Shown: positions 36,216 through 45,306 of the stretch, one piece after another | Numbering within the stretch: position 1 is the stretch's first letter | Layout: each line of letters starts with the position of its first letter | Source of the DNA: Nanobdellota archaeon | Lineage (GTDB): Archaea; Nanobdellota; Nanobdellia; Woesearchaeales; JAGWAF01 | Direction: 5' to 3' | Assembly: GCA_038046365.1 (NCBI GenBank) | Contig: JBBSWF010000063.1 | Span: forward strand, 1-45,795 | Length of the DNA: 45,795 nucleotides | Notes under the pieces: model-generated | Told to the model about the DNA's origin: nothing | The model's database searches: none | Seen by the model: only the letters and a program-made list of their open reading frames with translations | Made by a program: the position numbers and the translations under genes

Positions 36216-39044
36216 TTACGTTGTCGTCGGCTCAGGCTTGTTGGGTTCGTAGTGAAATGGCACGCCTTGTCCTGTCTCGTCTTTGCATGTGAATGTGAAT
36301 TTAGGCGAGTTTAGTGTCAATTGCGATCCTGCACATTCGTAGCTTCCGGGTGGCATGTATATTCCGAATTTCTGGTCTGGCTCTGTCGTGCCTGGGCAGG
36401 ATAGTTTGATCTCTGTGAGCCCTTGAGGCTTCACTGAGCATTCTTTGAATGGTCGGTCGACGAATAGGGTGATCGGCCGAGGGCTTCCGTCAGGCTCAGG
36501 TAGCTCGTGTTGTTTCGGGTGTATCTCGATGATCTTTGGCGGTGCGTTGCCTCCGCCGGGTTGGATGTCGATTGGGAATTCGACTTGGTCGCTGACTATG
36601 CCTCTCTCGCTTGTGCATGTGAGGTATAATTTGAATCCGTTGCGCAGGTAAGTTTGGATCACTCCTTTGTGGGCGGTTAGGCCGTTTTCATCCATGAATG
36701 TGTATACATTGTTCAGGAGGTTGTGTAGGGTCGGGAATCTGATCTCTGTCTTGTGGCTTGTTTCGAATTTCCCGTCAGATAGGTGTATTGTTGGTGGGTT
36801 GATGCATACCGTATCTAGTAGTGAGCGGTACATCGCAGGCACCATGCTATAGAGGTTAGGTGGCATGATCTGTGGCAGGCATACTCCCCATGTGGCGCTG
36901 GCGAATCCGGAATAGCGTCTTGAGACTACTCTTATTGCGCATCTCGCATTCTGGTCGATGGAGAGCTCGATCGGCCATGGTTCATGAGGTTTCACGTTCG
37001 GCCCTCCTTGTTTCACTACTGTGATCTTGGGTTTTGTGGCGCCTTCAGTTGATGGCCCGCTGCATGTCCCTATGCCTGCTAATTCGCTCCATTGGCAGTT
37101 GGCTCCTATGTTCTTGCATCTGTATTCTGTGCATGGCTGCCAGTAGGGGTTGCTGTCGCATAGTGTGCAGTCGCCTCCTCCTGGCGTTTGCCAAAGCGAG
37201 CAGGTTGCGTCTGATCCTGCGCTGCTTGGGTTGACAAGGAGGTCTGGCCTGGCGATTACTACAGGTGATATCTTTGTTGCTCGTGTGGCGATGGCAAGGC
37301 CGGGGTATTGCTGTCTTGTGCTGCCTGCTGGCAATAGCTTGCTTGCGTCGACGACTCCATCTGGATTAAAGTACCCGCCAAGTGTGAGCACGTCTGCGAT
37401 GTTCTGTTTGGGTCCGCAGTCGCCTACTCGTTGGCATGCCCAGCAGGCTTGGTGTCCGAATGTGCGTTTCTTTTTTGGCGCTGCGGTGTTTTCGTTGTTT
37501 GCTTCTTTGCATATGCCTTGTCCTGTGCCGTCCCAAAATGGGAGTCCGGGTGCTACTGTCGGGATGCATAGAGCATATCGTGTGTAGGTTGGTGTCGATC
37601 CATAGACTCCGGGCATCCATTCGCAGTCTCTCACGTTTGTGTCAAGGCAGTTGCCTGCGTCTTGCTGTCTTGTGCAGTCTGCGAACCTGTTGATCCTGCA
37701 CGTCGCGTGGGCTATCACTGCTCCGCCGGGTGTGCTTCTTCGCTCTTCTGCACATAATTCTTCTCTGAAGTCCCGGCATGGCTCGACATATTCCCGTCCT
37801 CGCACGCAGGAGTGAAGGTAATGCCTTGATCCTACAAGGTCGTTTCCGTTGCCTACGCGTCCGTCGTAGATGCACCACGATTCGCCGTTCTTGCGCGGCC
37901 CGAACGTCACTGTTCGAGTGGGCATGTTGTATGTCTGGTGGCAGTCAAGCGATGTGCATCCGGGTGCCTGACTGCATAGCCTGTCGTTTTCATAGAAGGT
38001 GTTTCCTTGTCCGCATTCTTTTGATGTTGTGACGCTGCATTGGTTTGCGCTTAGCACGCAGCATCCTTCGACTATTGGCGCTGCGTTGGCAGGCATGCCG
38101 CATCCCGGTCCTTCATATTTTCCGATCCGGTCACATTCTGTGGGGTTTGGGTTGTAATGGTAGGTGTTGTCGTTTGCGTAGCAGCAGCCGTATTTTGGGT
38201 CAAGGTATAGCGGTTCTGATCCGGCGGTCTTCTTGCCTTGCAGTGCGAATTGAAATAAGAAGTCTTGTCCCTGTCGAGGGTCATATCTTCGCAGCTGGTA
38301 TACTATGTGCGGGTAGGGTTTGTGGGTTTCGATGAGTATGCTAGAGTCATGGTTTGCCATGTATTCTTCTTTGTCAAAGATTCCGCCTCGCGCTGCCTGG
38401 TTTGTTATGTCTAGCGCCATCCCGAAAAGCCGGCCAAGCGGCGTTTCAAGTGATGTCGAGAATGTGTCAAGTTCGCGCTGGTTGGGTCCGAGCGTTACCT
38501 TTACCGGATAGGCAAGTATTAGATGTATTGAATCGATGGTAATTGATACGTTCAGGCTGGGGTTTCCAGTCGTGATTTTTGCTCCTGTTGATCCGAATTG
38601 GGGTTGTAGTGTTGTGCACTCGCTAAGCGATGCCATCATCGCGGTTTTGAGTTCTTGTTCTAGCGAGGATTTGGTGGTGAGCGTGCTCACGCATCCTTCA
38701 AAGTTGTTCCTGTTGATGCATAAAGCGTGTATTTTTGTTCCGTTGAGGTATATCTCTTCAGGGGGTTCCATGCGCCCTCCGTGCTCTGCGAGTGCTACGA
38801 CTAGTGGTGCGGCTTCTTTGGCCAGGCATGCCTCGACATAGTTGGTGATATCTCCAATTACTGAATCAAAGCTTCCTGCGCGCTGTATCGGCTGGCTTGT
38901 CTGGCTCTGCGCCTGCCAGATGCTAAGGATTATCAGGCTTGTGATGACAAAAAGAGTTATTAGTGCGAGTATTATGAACACGGTCACTTGTCCGCGCATT
39001 CCTGCGGGTTTTCGTTTCGTTGGCCTGTTGTTGTTTTTTGTCAT
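36216..39044 (-). CDS. Large Cys-rich class III signal peptide protein (possible tip adhesin)
   Basis: MRG|QVTVFIILALITLFVI; dozens of Cys, including GESWCIYDG..GSRHY..C..G..VEPCRDFREELC. Confidence 0.85.
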   Translation of the reverse strand: MTKNNNRPTKRKPAGMRGQVTVFIILALITLFVITSLIILSIWQAQSQTSQPIQRAGSFDSVIGDITNYVEACLAKEAAPLVVALAEHGGRMEPPEEIYLNGTKIHALCINRNNFEGCVSTLTTKSSLEQELKTAMMASLSECTTLQPQFGSTGAKITTGNPSLNVSITIDSIHLILAYPVKVTLGPNQRELDTFSTSLETPLGRLFGMALDITNQAARGGIFDKEEYMANHDSSILIETHKPYPHIVYQLRRYDPRQGQDFLFQFALQGKKTAGSEPLYLDPKYGCCYANDNTYHYNPNPTECDRIGKYEGPGCGMPANAAPIVEGCCVLSANQCSVTTSKECGQGNTFYENDRLCSQAPGCTSLDCHQTYNMPTRTVTFGPRKNGESWCIYDGRVGNGNDLVGSRHYLHSCVRGREYVEPCRDFREELCAEERRSTPGGAVIAHATCRINRFADCTRQQDAGNCLDTNVRDCEWMPGVYGSTPTYTRYALCIPTVAPGLPFWDGTGQGICKEANNENTAAPKKKRTFGHQACWACQRVGDCGPKQNIADVLTLGGYFNPDGVVDASKLLPAGSTRQQYPGLAIATRATKISPVVIARPDLLVNPSSAGSDATCSLWQTPGGGDCTLCDSNPYWQPCTEYRCKNIGANCQWSELAGIGTCSGPSTEGATKPKITVVKQGGPNVKPHEPWPIELSIDQNARCAIRVVSRRYSGFASATWGVCLPQIMPPNLYSMVPAMYRSLLDTVCINPPTIHLSDGKFETSHKTEIRFPTLHNLLNNVYTFMDENGLTAHKGVIQTYLRNGFKLYLTCTSERGIVSDQVEFPIDIQPGGGNAPPKIIEIHPKQHELPEPDGSPRPITLFVDRPFKECSVKPQGLTEIKLSCPGTTEPDQKFGIYMPPGSYECAGSQLTLNSPKFTFTCKDETGQGVPFHYEPNKPEPTTT

Positions 39045-39063
39045 TTCAATCGTTGCAGTATTC

Positions 39064-39942
39064 TCATTTTCCGCTGAGTGCGTTGCATGAGTTCTTTATG
39101 TCGGTGTTGGTGATCATGTTGCAGACTGTGAAGTCTCCTGCTAGTGCGAGGTTTGCAAGGCACGCGTCGCGTGTGGGAATGTCGCCTATCCTTTGGCATA
39201 TGCTTCCTGCCTGGGATGATCCTGATCCGGACTTGGCTGCAAGCGCAGTCTCGGAGAGGCAGGAGTCTAGGTCTTGCGACTTGAGGGTCTTGCAGCTGTC
39301 TGCGGCTCCGTTCGGGTCTGTCGCTGCAAGGGTCTTGGCGTTTTGGATTATCTCGTCAGGCGATAGTGGCATTGGTCCAGGGGACAGGCTAGATGATGGT
39401 GGAGGTGTTTGTGGAGGTGATGGGGGTGTGACATTTTGTTCCGTTGGCTGTGTTGGCTGTATGAGATCCACCGGTGGTTTGGGTGGCGTTTTTGTCTCGC
39501 TCGTTGCGTTGGTGATGTTTTTTTGAGGAATTGGTTTGGGTTTGACTGATTGTTGCACTATAGCGATGGATGATAGTGCAATCGTGTATGTCTGCCCGCT
39601 TTGAGCTCTAGCGCGCAGCCAGTACGGCCCGGTCGGCGACCCGAGCGGTATGCGCATCTGCACCGATCTTTCAGTCACTCCTTCTGCGAGAAATGATTGC
39701 CTGTCGTTCACGATCACTCTTCCTTGCCGTGAGACAAGGGTGTAGTTTAGGTCAACTGGCGCTTTCTTGTTTGTTGTGACGATGAGCCTCACATTGACGC
39801 TCTGCCCTGGCACGGCGCTCTTTTGCTCGACGCTTACGTTAAATGAGAGTGTCAATGGTTCTTCATGTGTCAGGTATAGGTATGCGCCGACGCCAAGCAG
39901 TATGATCACTACTGCAGATATTCCAGCGACCGCCAGGTTCAT
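39064..39942 (-). CDS. Membrane-anchored surface protein: Ig-like domain, Pro-rich linker, Cys-rich helical repeats
   Basis: N-terminal TM; PTGPYWLRARA; PPSPPQTPPPS; repeated C..I....RD.C pattern. Confidence 0.75.
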   Translation of the reverse strand: MNLAVAGISAVVIILLGVGAYLYLTHEEPLTLSFNVSVEQKSAVPGQSVNVRLIVTTNKKAPVDLNYTLVSRQGRVIVNDRQSFLAEGVTERSVQMRIPLGSPTGPYWLRARAQSGQTYTIALSSIAIVQQSVKPKPIPQKNITNATSETKTPPKPPVDLIQPTQPTEQNVTPPSPPQTPPPSSSLSPGPMPLSPDEIIQNAKTLAATDPNGAADSCKTLKSQDLDSCLSETALAAKSGSGSSQAGSICQRIGDIPTRDACLANLALAGDFTVCNMITNTDIKNSCNALSGK

Positions 39943-40015
39943 GGCGGTTTTCCCGGCATTTAGGTTATTTAAACCTTGATGCCGTTTATGGTCGATGACT
40001 CAAGGAAGCCAGGTG

Positions 40016-40489
40016 TCATCCCATCCTTCCTTGCGCGACTGCGCGCGCGCTGGCTGGGTCAGTCATGAATCCTTCGCGTTTCATCTCTTCAAGCAGGTAG
40101 TGGACTTCCTTGGTCCGAAGGGTGTATCTCTCTTCGATGTCTTCGATGAATTGCTCGATGTGCCCCAGGTCTTTGAACACCCCTTCGAGGAGGTAGTCCA
40201 TTCCATTGTTGATCTTGTGAAGGCTGTTGACGTAGGGATGGTGGAGGAGGTGCTGCCCAAGCTCTCTCTTCTTGTCCTTTGTTGTGCGCAGCAGCACTAT
40301 CGCCCTGCATCCGAATCCTATCTCGCGAAAGTCGAGCAGCGCGCTGTACCGTGTTATTGCGCTGCATCCTTTGATGCGGTCAAATATCGTGCTGACTGGC
40401 AGTCCGGTCTTCTTGCTGATTGCAGTCAATGCTGTCCTTCCATCCCGTCGCATATGAGCGATTATCTGCGCGTCTTTCTCGATGTCCAT
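40016..40489 (-). CDS. Lrp/AsnC family regulator
   Basis: KDAQIIAHMRRDGRTALTAISKKTGLPVSTIFDRIK and VNSLHKINNGMDYLLE. Confidence 0.92.
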   Translation of the reverse strand: MDIEKDAQIIAHMRRDGRTALTAISKKTGLPVSTIFDRIKGCSAITRYSALLDFREIGFGCRAIVLLRTTKDKKRELGQHLLHHPYVNSLHKINNGMDYLLEGVFKDLGHIEQFIEDIEERYTLRTKEVHYLLEEMKREGFMTDPASARAVAQGRMG

Positions 40490-40600
40490 GTGGTCTCCGT
40501 TCCGGCCGTCGGTCTTTCGCCGTCGGTCTTCGGAATGTTTCCGGATTGTGCCGGCGCGCGAGGATTATCTTTGGGGATATAATATATAAGATACCTTATA

Positions 40601-40629
40601 ACTATATAATAGAAACTTTATTATATAGT
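40601..40629. promoter_or_regulatory. Perfect 11-bp inverted repeat between the divergent Lrp and PhoU genes
   Basis: ACTATATAATA-gaaactt-TATTATATAGT. Confidence 0.55.
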
Positions 40630-40687
40630 GGTTGCAATGCCGAATCAGGGGCGGGTGTTTCTAGCCCCGGATATGGAGGTATATGAT

Positions 40688-41563
40688 ATGAGGCGTAAGA
40701 TAATACAGCTCGCGGGGAAAACTCTGGTTGTCAGCTTGCCGTCTGATTGGGTAAAGGAACTCGGTCTCAAGAAGGGACAGGAGGTTGAGGTGTCCAGGGT
40801 CGGCAGGTCCATGGTCATAGAGCAGCCGAGTGTCGAGCGCGGCCACATGGTAAAAGTCGACCTCTCCGGCCTCAACGCATCTTTGGTGTGGCATTCTATC
40901 ATTTCTCACTATGTTGCTGGCGCAGGCGAGATCCAGGCAGGGTTTAGCAAGGAGCGCGTGATGGATCCTCGCACTGGCTTAGACGTCCATTGTGCGGATG
41001 CTATCGAGAAGGTCGTGGAGAATCTAATTGGTATGGAGATCGTCCGTCAATCAAAATCGATGATCACTATCCGCGAGATCTCATCTGTCGCGCCCGAGGA
41101 GTATGATAATGTGATGCGCCGTGTCTGGCTTACCTGCCTGGGCATGGTCGAGGATGGCTCTGACGCGCTTGCCAAAGGAGACTCGGAAGGCTTCAAGGCA
41201 GCGGTCCGAGTCGAGAAGAATGTCAATCGTCTTGTCCTTTATGCTCTTCGGATGCTCAATCGCGGTGTGGCCTCAAACGTCTCTGCCGCGTTAGTCGACG
41301 CTCGTGTTCTTCACTCGCTTGAGGGTTTTGCAGACGTCATCGCGTCTTGTGCCAAGTCTTCTGACAAGGATTGCCTGTCTGGGTCGGCGAAGGTCTTAAG
41401 GTCTGCCTATGATTACTGGTTCAAGCCGTCGAATGAGTCAGCGGATGCGATGTATAATGCATTGATGGTTCTCCGAAAGAAAAAAGGTTCCTCCCAGTCG
41501 CTTGTAGCAGCTGCTGAATCAGTTGTCGAGGCTGTGGCCCCTGCGCATGTGCTTGGTAGATGA
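40688..41563 (+). CDS. phoU: AbrB-PhoU phosphate uptake regulator (archaeal type)
   Basis: MRRKIIQLAGKTLVVSLPSDWVK AbrB domain; LIGMEIV; EKNVNRL..ALRMLN; GGAGGT SD before ATG 40688. Confidence 0.85.
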   Translation: MRRKIIQLAGKTLVVSLPSDWVKELGLKKGQEVEVSRVGRSMVIEQPSVERGHMVKVDLSGLNASLVWHSIISHYVAGAGEIQAGFSKERVMDPRTGLDVHCADAIEKVVENLIGMEIVRQSKSMITIREISSVAPEEYDNVMRRVWLTCLGMVEDGSDALAKGDSEGFKAAVRVEKNVNRLVLYALRMLNRGVASNVSAALVDARVLHSLEGFADVIASCAKSSDKDCLSGSAKVLRSAYDYWFKPSNESADAMYNALMVLRKKKGSSQSLVAAAESVVEAVAPAHVLGR

Positions 41564-41573
41564 ATCAGGGCAT

Positions 41574-41601
41574 GATATCGATAACTGCGCAGTTGTCTAT
41601 A
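41574..41601. repeat. Palindromic repeat GATATCGATAACTGCGCAGTTGTCTATA between convergent genes
   Basis: Core AACTGCGCAGTT is a perfect palindrome; the first 18 nt are identical to 5025-5042. Confidence 0.65.
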
Positions 41602-41610
41602 TAATAGGGT

Positions 41611-44373
41611 TTACCCGGCCATCTTTCTGGCGACGGCCTCTATTGGCCGAAGGCAGGCTCTGTCTATCCCCGGTATTCCCATCTCTGCGAGTGCGAGCGT
41701 GCTCCACAGCAGAGCCATCGCGTGGGGACGCAGCTCTTCAGGACGGTTGTATGCCACGTCCCTACCGACGAGGTGGCACAGCCGGTGTACTGTCCCTGCC
41801 GCATCTTGTGCTCGGTAGGACTGGGTGTCGTGCCCTCTGAGTCGCCTATAGTGATCAAAGAGTATCACCGCGCTGCTTGGGTCTTGGCGAAGAGATGGGT
41901 CGTGGAGCAGGTGCGAGATGTCAAGCGAATCGTGAGCGTACGAAGCATCAGCAGGATCGATGAGTATCATCTTGGGGGTGATTATGTTTCCAGTGTGCAG
42001 GTCTCCGTGTATCGGCGACCGTCCGAGGCTTGAGAGGTGCGAGTTTAGCGGCTGCCCTGCGATCATTAGCTCTTCTTGCTCTTTAGGGTCGTCAGTCACG
42101 CGTCGAGCGAACTTGCTGTTGAATATGGAATCATAATCCATCCTGTTCAGCGTCGTGCCGCCTGCTTCGATGTTTTTCTGAAGGAGTGCGTGGTACCTCG
42201 CGATCATTGGCAGCGCCTCGTCGCGCATGTATCTCTCTGTCTCTTTCTTGCTCATTGTCCGGGCGCATTCTTGCAGTGTCGGCCCATCGATAAATAACAT
42301 GGCGAGGTATGAATATCCTCTTGCATGCTGCGCTCCGCGGTTAGATTCCGGGTCTATGAATGTGAGAGGCAGGCTGCTCATGCCGTTGATCCCGCCGACA
42401 GCGTGGCTTATTTCTGATGTGATCAGGTATTCCTTATATAGGGACTTATGGTCCCTGCTTCGTTTGAGGATCACGGCCTTCTCTGCGTAGGGGTTGCGCT
42501 CTCTGCTCACCTTGACTACTTCGCTTGTGCCTCCCTGCACCTGGGTGAATGATTCAGGGCTTGTCGTTGCTATGATCCGCTCAAGCGGCGATCTCCACAA
42601 TTCCTTTGCGCGCTCCGATCCGATTGCTGTGTGCACCCTCGCCTGATGTAGTCGCGCGCCGTCGTTTCCCTCTCCTGCAAGGGATAGTATCTCGTCAGTC
42701 ATCCCTTCTGCCTCTTGGATGAGGCCTTTGGAGAGACGGTATGCCTGCCGGCATTCCAGTATCGCCGATCTCTTTTGGGGATTCGCTCCTTGAGAGTCTA
42801 GGCGTGCTTGCGCTTCATCAATGGATTCATTGATTTTCGAGATCAGTGCATGGAAGAATGAGTATTCAGGCAGAATGGATGCCATTCCGCATCGCTCTAC
42901 TGCGTTGTATGAATGTATTCGTGCGCTCTCGTAGTTTCCGTTCAGGATGTCTTCCTTTGAAAGCATGATCTCGTTTTCGATTGGTCCGACTTCCAGGTAT
43001 GTCGAATTGTATGACTCGGTCTGGCTCTTCCAGTCAGCTGGCTTTCCGTGGCGCATATAGTTGATGAGTCTCAGGAACGAGCCTATTTTTGGGGCCTTGA
43101 GCCTGTTGCTTAGCGAGTATAGGCTGTTCGCGATAATCGTCATCGCCAGCAGGGTTCCTGCCTGCATCGCTCTGGTCTGGATGGTGGGGGGCAGGCCGGT
43201 GTTATATGTCGTCATGAACTGTTCGGCGTAGATCGCGGCCGTGAAGAGCCCAGTGGTCTGCGCTCCGATCATGGCTGCGCATGTTGCCGCGGCCTTAGGT
43301 GGCAGCGCCGTGTCTAATGGGTTTGTCTCGCGCCGGTGTCTTTCAATCGCCACTCCATAAATGCCCATCATGGATATCGTCCATAGGAGAAGCGCCAGGC
43401 TTGCTTGCCGCCGATTATGCTGGTGGTATGGCTCGCCTGGCAGCGCGATTGTCCTTCTTTGCATGCTTGGGAATTCCATCTCTTCAAGAGTGGATGGTAT
43501 TCTTGATGTCTTGTCTTTGTATTGCAGGAATGCGAGCCTCCCTCTCTCGGTCATCGTGAAGTAAGAAGCGTCTTTGATTATCATTTCAAGCTGGTAATTT
43601 GGTGGCCTGAACAGGTATATCCCTTGTCTTTCTATGACTGGATTTGGCCCCATTCCTTTGCGGATGTCTGCGGACATCGCGTCGATGATGATCGTCCCGT
43701 CTGGGCTTGCTGCGGATTGTATCAGGGTCGCGGGGATGACTGTGGAATTGATCGTCTTTCCTTCAAGGTCCTGGAATGTGACCGTCCATGATACTTTGAC
43801 TTCCGGCGTCATTTTCGATTCTATCCTGTTGAGTTGCCGCGTCAGGTAGGCCTTGCCGTTTGGTGCCGCGCTCACCATCTCTTCTTCTGGTTGCAGCCGT
43901 CGTATTGGTTTTTGCCAGTCTGTGCTGGCGAGGATGAGCTCAGAGAGGTCTCCTTCCCGCGCGTGTATCAGGATGTCATGGGAGTTGATCCATCTCGCGC
44001 GTATCGGATCCTTTGGCGCGAGCATTATCCTGTTCTGTTTTTTTGGGGTTCCTGTTCTTGACAGGATCAGCTGTCTTCGGTCGTCTGGATCGCGATTTAA
44101 CGATACGCGGCGGTCGGGGGAGATGATCCCGGTGTTAGGGATATCTCTTAAGGAGATCCGGTTTTCATTGGTCTGGGAGTTTTCGCTGTGATACCAGTTT
44201 TCCGGCCTCAAGTCGACAGGCATCGGCCCGTCGGTCAGCCCAAGATATAGCGCTCCTGCGCAGCATCCGGCTATCAGGTAGTTGCTTATAGTAGTGAGCG
44301 ATTTTCTTGCTCTGTCTGCTGGTCTTCTAGAGTCACTGCCATTATAGATAGTGTCGCAGGGGTTATCGCTCAT
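41611..44373 (-). CDS. Membrane protein: TolB-like beta-propeller, 4 TM, C-terminal APH/protein-kinase-like domain
   Basis: SPDRR/APNGK/SPDGT repeats; hydrophobic helices; QGGTSEV, VILK, KEY, HGDLHTGN and LIDP; start moved to ATG 44373. Confidence 0.75.
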   Translation of the reverse strand: MSDNPCDTIYNGSDSRRPADRARKSLTTISNYLIAGCCAGALYLGLTDGPMPVDLRPENWYHSENSQTNENRISLRDIPNTGIISPDRRVSLNRDPDDRRQLILSRTGTPKKQNRIMLAPKDPIRARWINSHDILIHAREGDLSELILASTDWQKPIRRLQPEEEMVSAAPNGKAYLTRQLNRIESKMTPEVKVSWTVTFQDLEGKTINSTVIPATLIQSAASPDGTIIIDAMSADIRKGMGPNPVIERQGIYLFRPPNYQLEMIIKDASYFTMTERGRLAFLQYKDKTSRIPSTLEEMEFPSMQRRTIALPGEPYHQHNRRQASLALLLWTISMMGIYGVAIERHRRETNPLDTALPPKAAATCAAMIGAQTTGLFTAAIYAEQFMTTYNTGLPPTIQTRAMQAGTLLAMTIIANSLYSLSNRLKAPKIGSFLRLINYMRHGKPADWKSQTESYNSTYLEVGPIENEIMLSKEDILNGNYESARIHSYNAVERCGMASILPEYSFFHALISKINESIDEAQARLDSQGANPQKRSAILECRQAYRLSKGLIQEAEGMTDEILSLAGEGNDGARLHQARVHTAIGSERAKELWRSPLERIIATTSPESFTQVQGGTSEVVKVSRERNPYAEKAVILKRSRDHKSLYKEYLITSEISHAVGGINGMSSLPLTFIDPESNRGAQHARGYSYLAMLFIDGPTLQECARTMSKKETERYMRDEALPMIARYHALLQKNIEAGGTTLNRMDYDSIFNSKFARRVTDDPKEQEELMIAGQPLNSHLSSLGRSPIHGDLHTGNIITPKMILIDPADASYAHDSLDISHLLHDPSLRQDPSSAVILFDHYRRLRGHDTQSYRAQDAAGTVHRLCHLVGRDVAYNRPEELRPHAMALLWSTLALAEMGIPGIDRACLRPIEAVARKMAG

Positions 44374-44396
44374 TAGGTGGTGGTCCTGCCAGTTGC

Positions 44397-45218
44397 TTAA
44401 AAAGATTGGACAGGATCGTATCTCCACCTGTCGAGTCGGGTCAGCATCACCGACAGCGCGGTGTTCGCATAGAGGTCTTCATGGGTCAAGTAGCATACTT
44501 CCTCATGTCGTATAGCGCTTGCGAAGTTTTCCATTGTCCGCCGTCCGCGATCTTCGTAGTTGGTAGGTTGGATGTCTATCTTTCTTGTTGTGCTGCCGAT
44601 CTGTATCTTAGCTATCCCTAAATGGGCGTCAATGATCAGGTCTCCTCGCTCGAACCTGACCCCTGTCCATTCCAGATATTGGTGGGATTCTATAGTGGCG
44701 GACACAAATAATTGGTGATTCATTTCCGCCACTATATATAAAGGACACAACTATTCAGATCAATTATTTGTGTCCTTTAGTATAGTCTGCGTGAGCCGAA
44801 GAATTTGAAATTCAGGCCGTCATCGCGTGTCCCCTCGACTCGATAATTGGTCGGGCTGTCTGCGAATTTTGTCGCGATGAAGCGATTCTCTTAGCGCGTC
44901 GACATCGTTTGTCGTTACAGCAAGCGGTTTTTCTGCGAACGTGTGCAGTCCGTGGTCTATCGCGTCAGTCAGGTCTTGGAAGTGGAACTGGTCTGGAGTC
45001 GCGATTAGCACGGCGTCTATTCCGCTTTTGAAGAATTGTTCCCGGTCTGTCGACTTGTTGAGTTTCATTCCAATCGCTTGCTCAAATTCGATCATTCGCT
45101 CGTCAGACAGGTCGCAGAGCGCGTAAAGCTCAAGCAGAGATGATGACTTAGATGGTATCGCGTGCGATTGCAGCGCGTGCTTCCCGCATCCGAGTATCCC
45201 GTATTTGATCTTGTTCAT
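44397..45218 (-). pseudogene. Gfo/Idh/MocA oxidoreductase, split, with the middle missing
   Basis: N-terminal YGILGCGKHA..DAVLIATP..H..EKPLA at 44820-45218; C-terminal-like NFASAI..THEDL at about 44397-44695; hairpin block between them. Confidence 0.75.
44691..44880. repeat. Cluster of three inverted repeats with GGACAC/GTGTCC cores
   Basis: TATAGTGGCGGA/TCCGCCACTATA (44691-44736), TAAAGGACACAA/TTGTGTCCTTTA (44739-44779) and TCATCGCG/CGCGATGA (44820-44880). Confidence 0.8.
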
Positions 45219-45306
45219 CGCATGGCGATTCTGATGTGGGATTTATGTGTTTTGTTTCGGTGCACAGCTGACTCTATGGAGGCAAATGGATTGTGGGGGA
45301 TATTGT

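Noticed and set aside
7345-40582. Long antisense ORFs (e.g. 7345-8001, 11683-12360, 19475-19975, 35193-35780, 39995-40582)
   Set aside because: Each lies opposite a better-supported gene with recognisable motifs.
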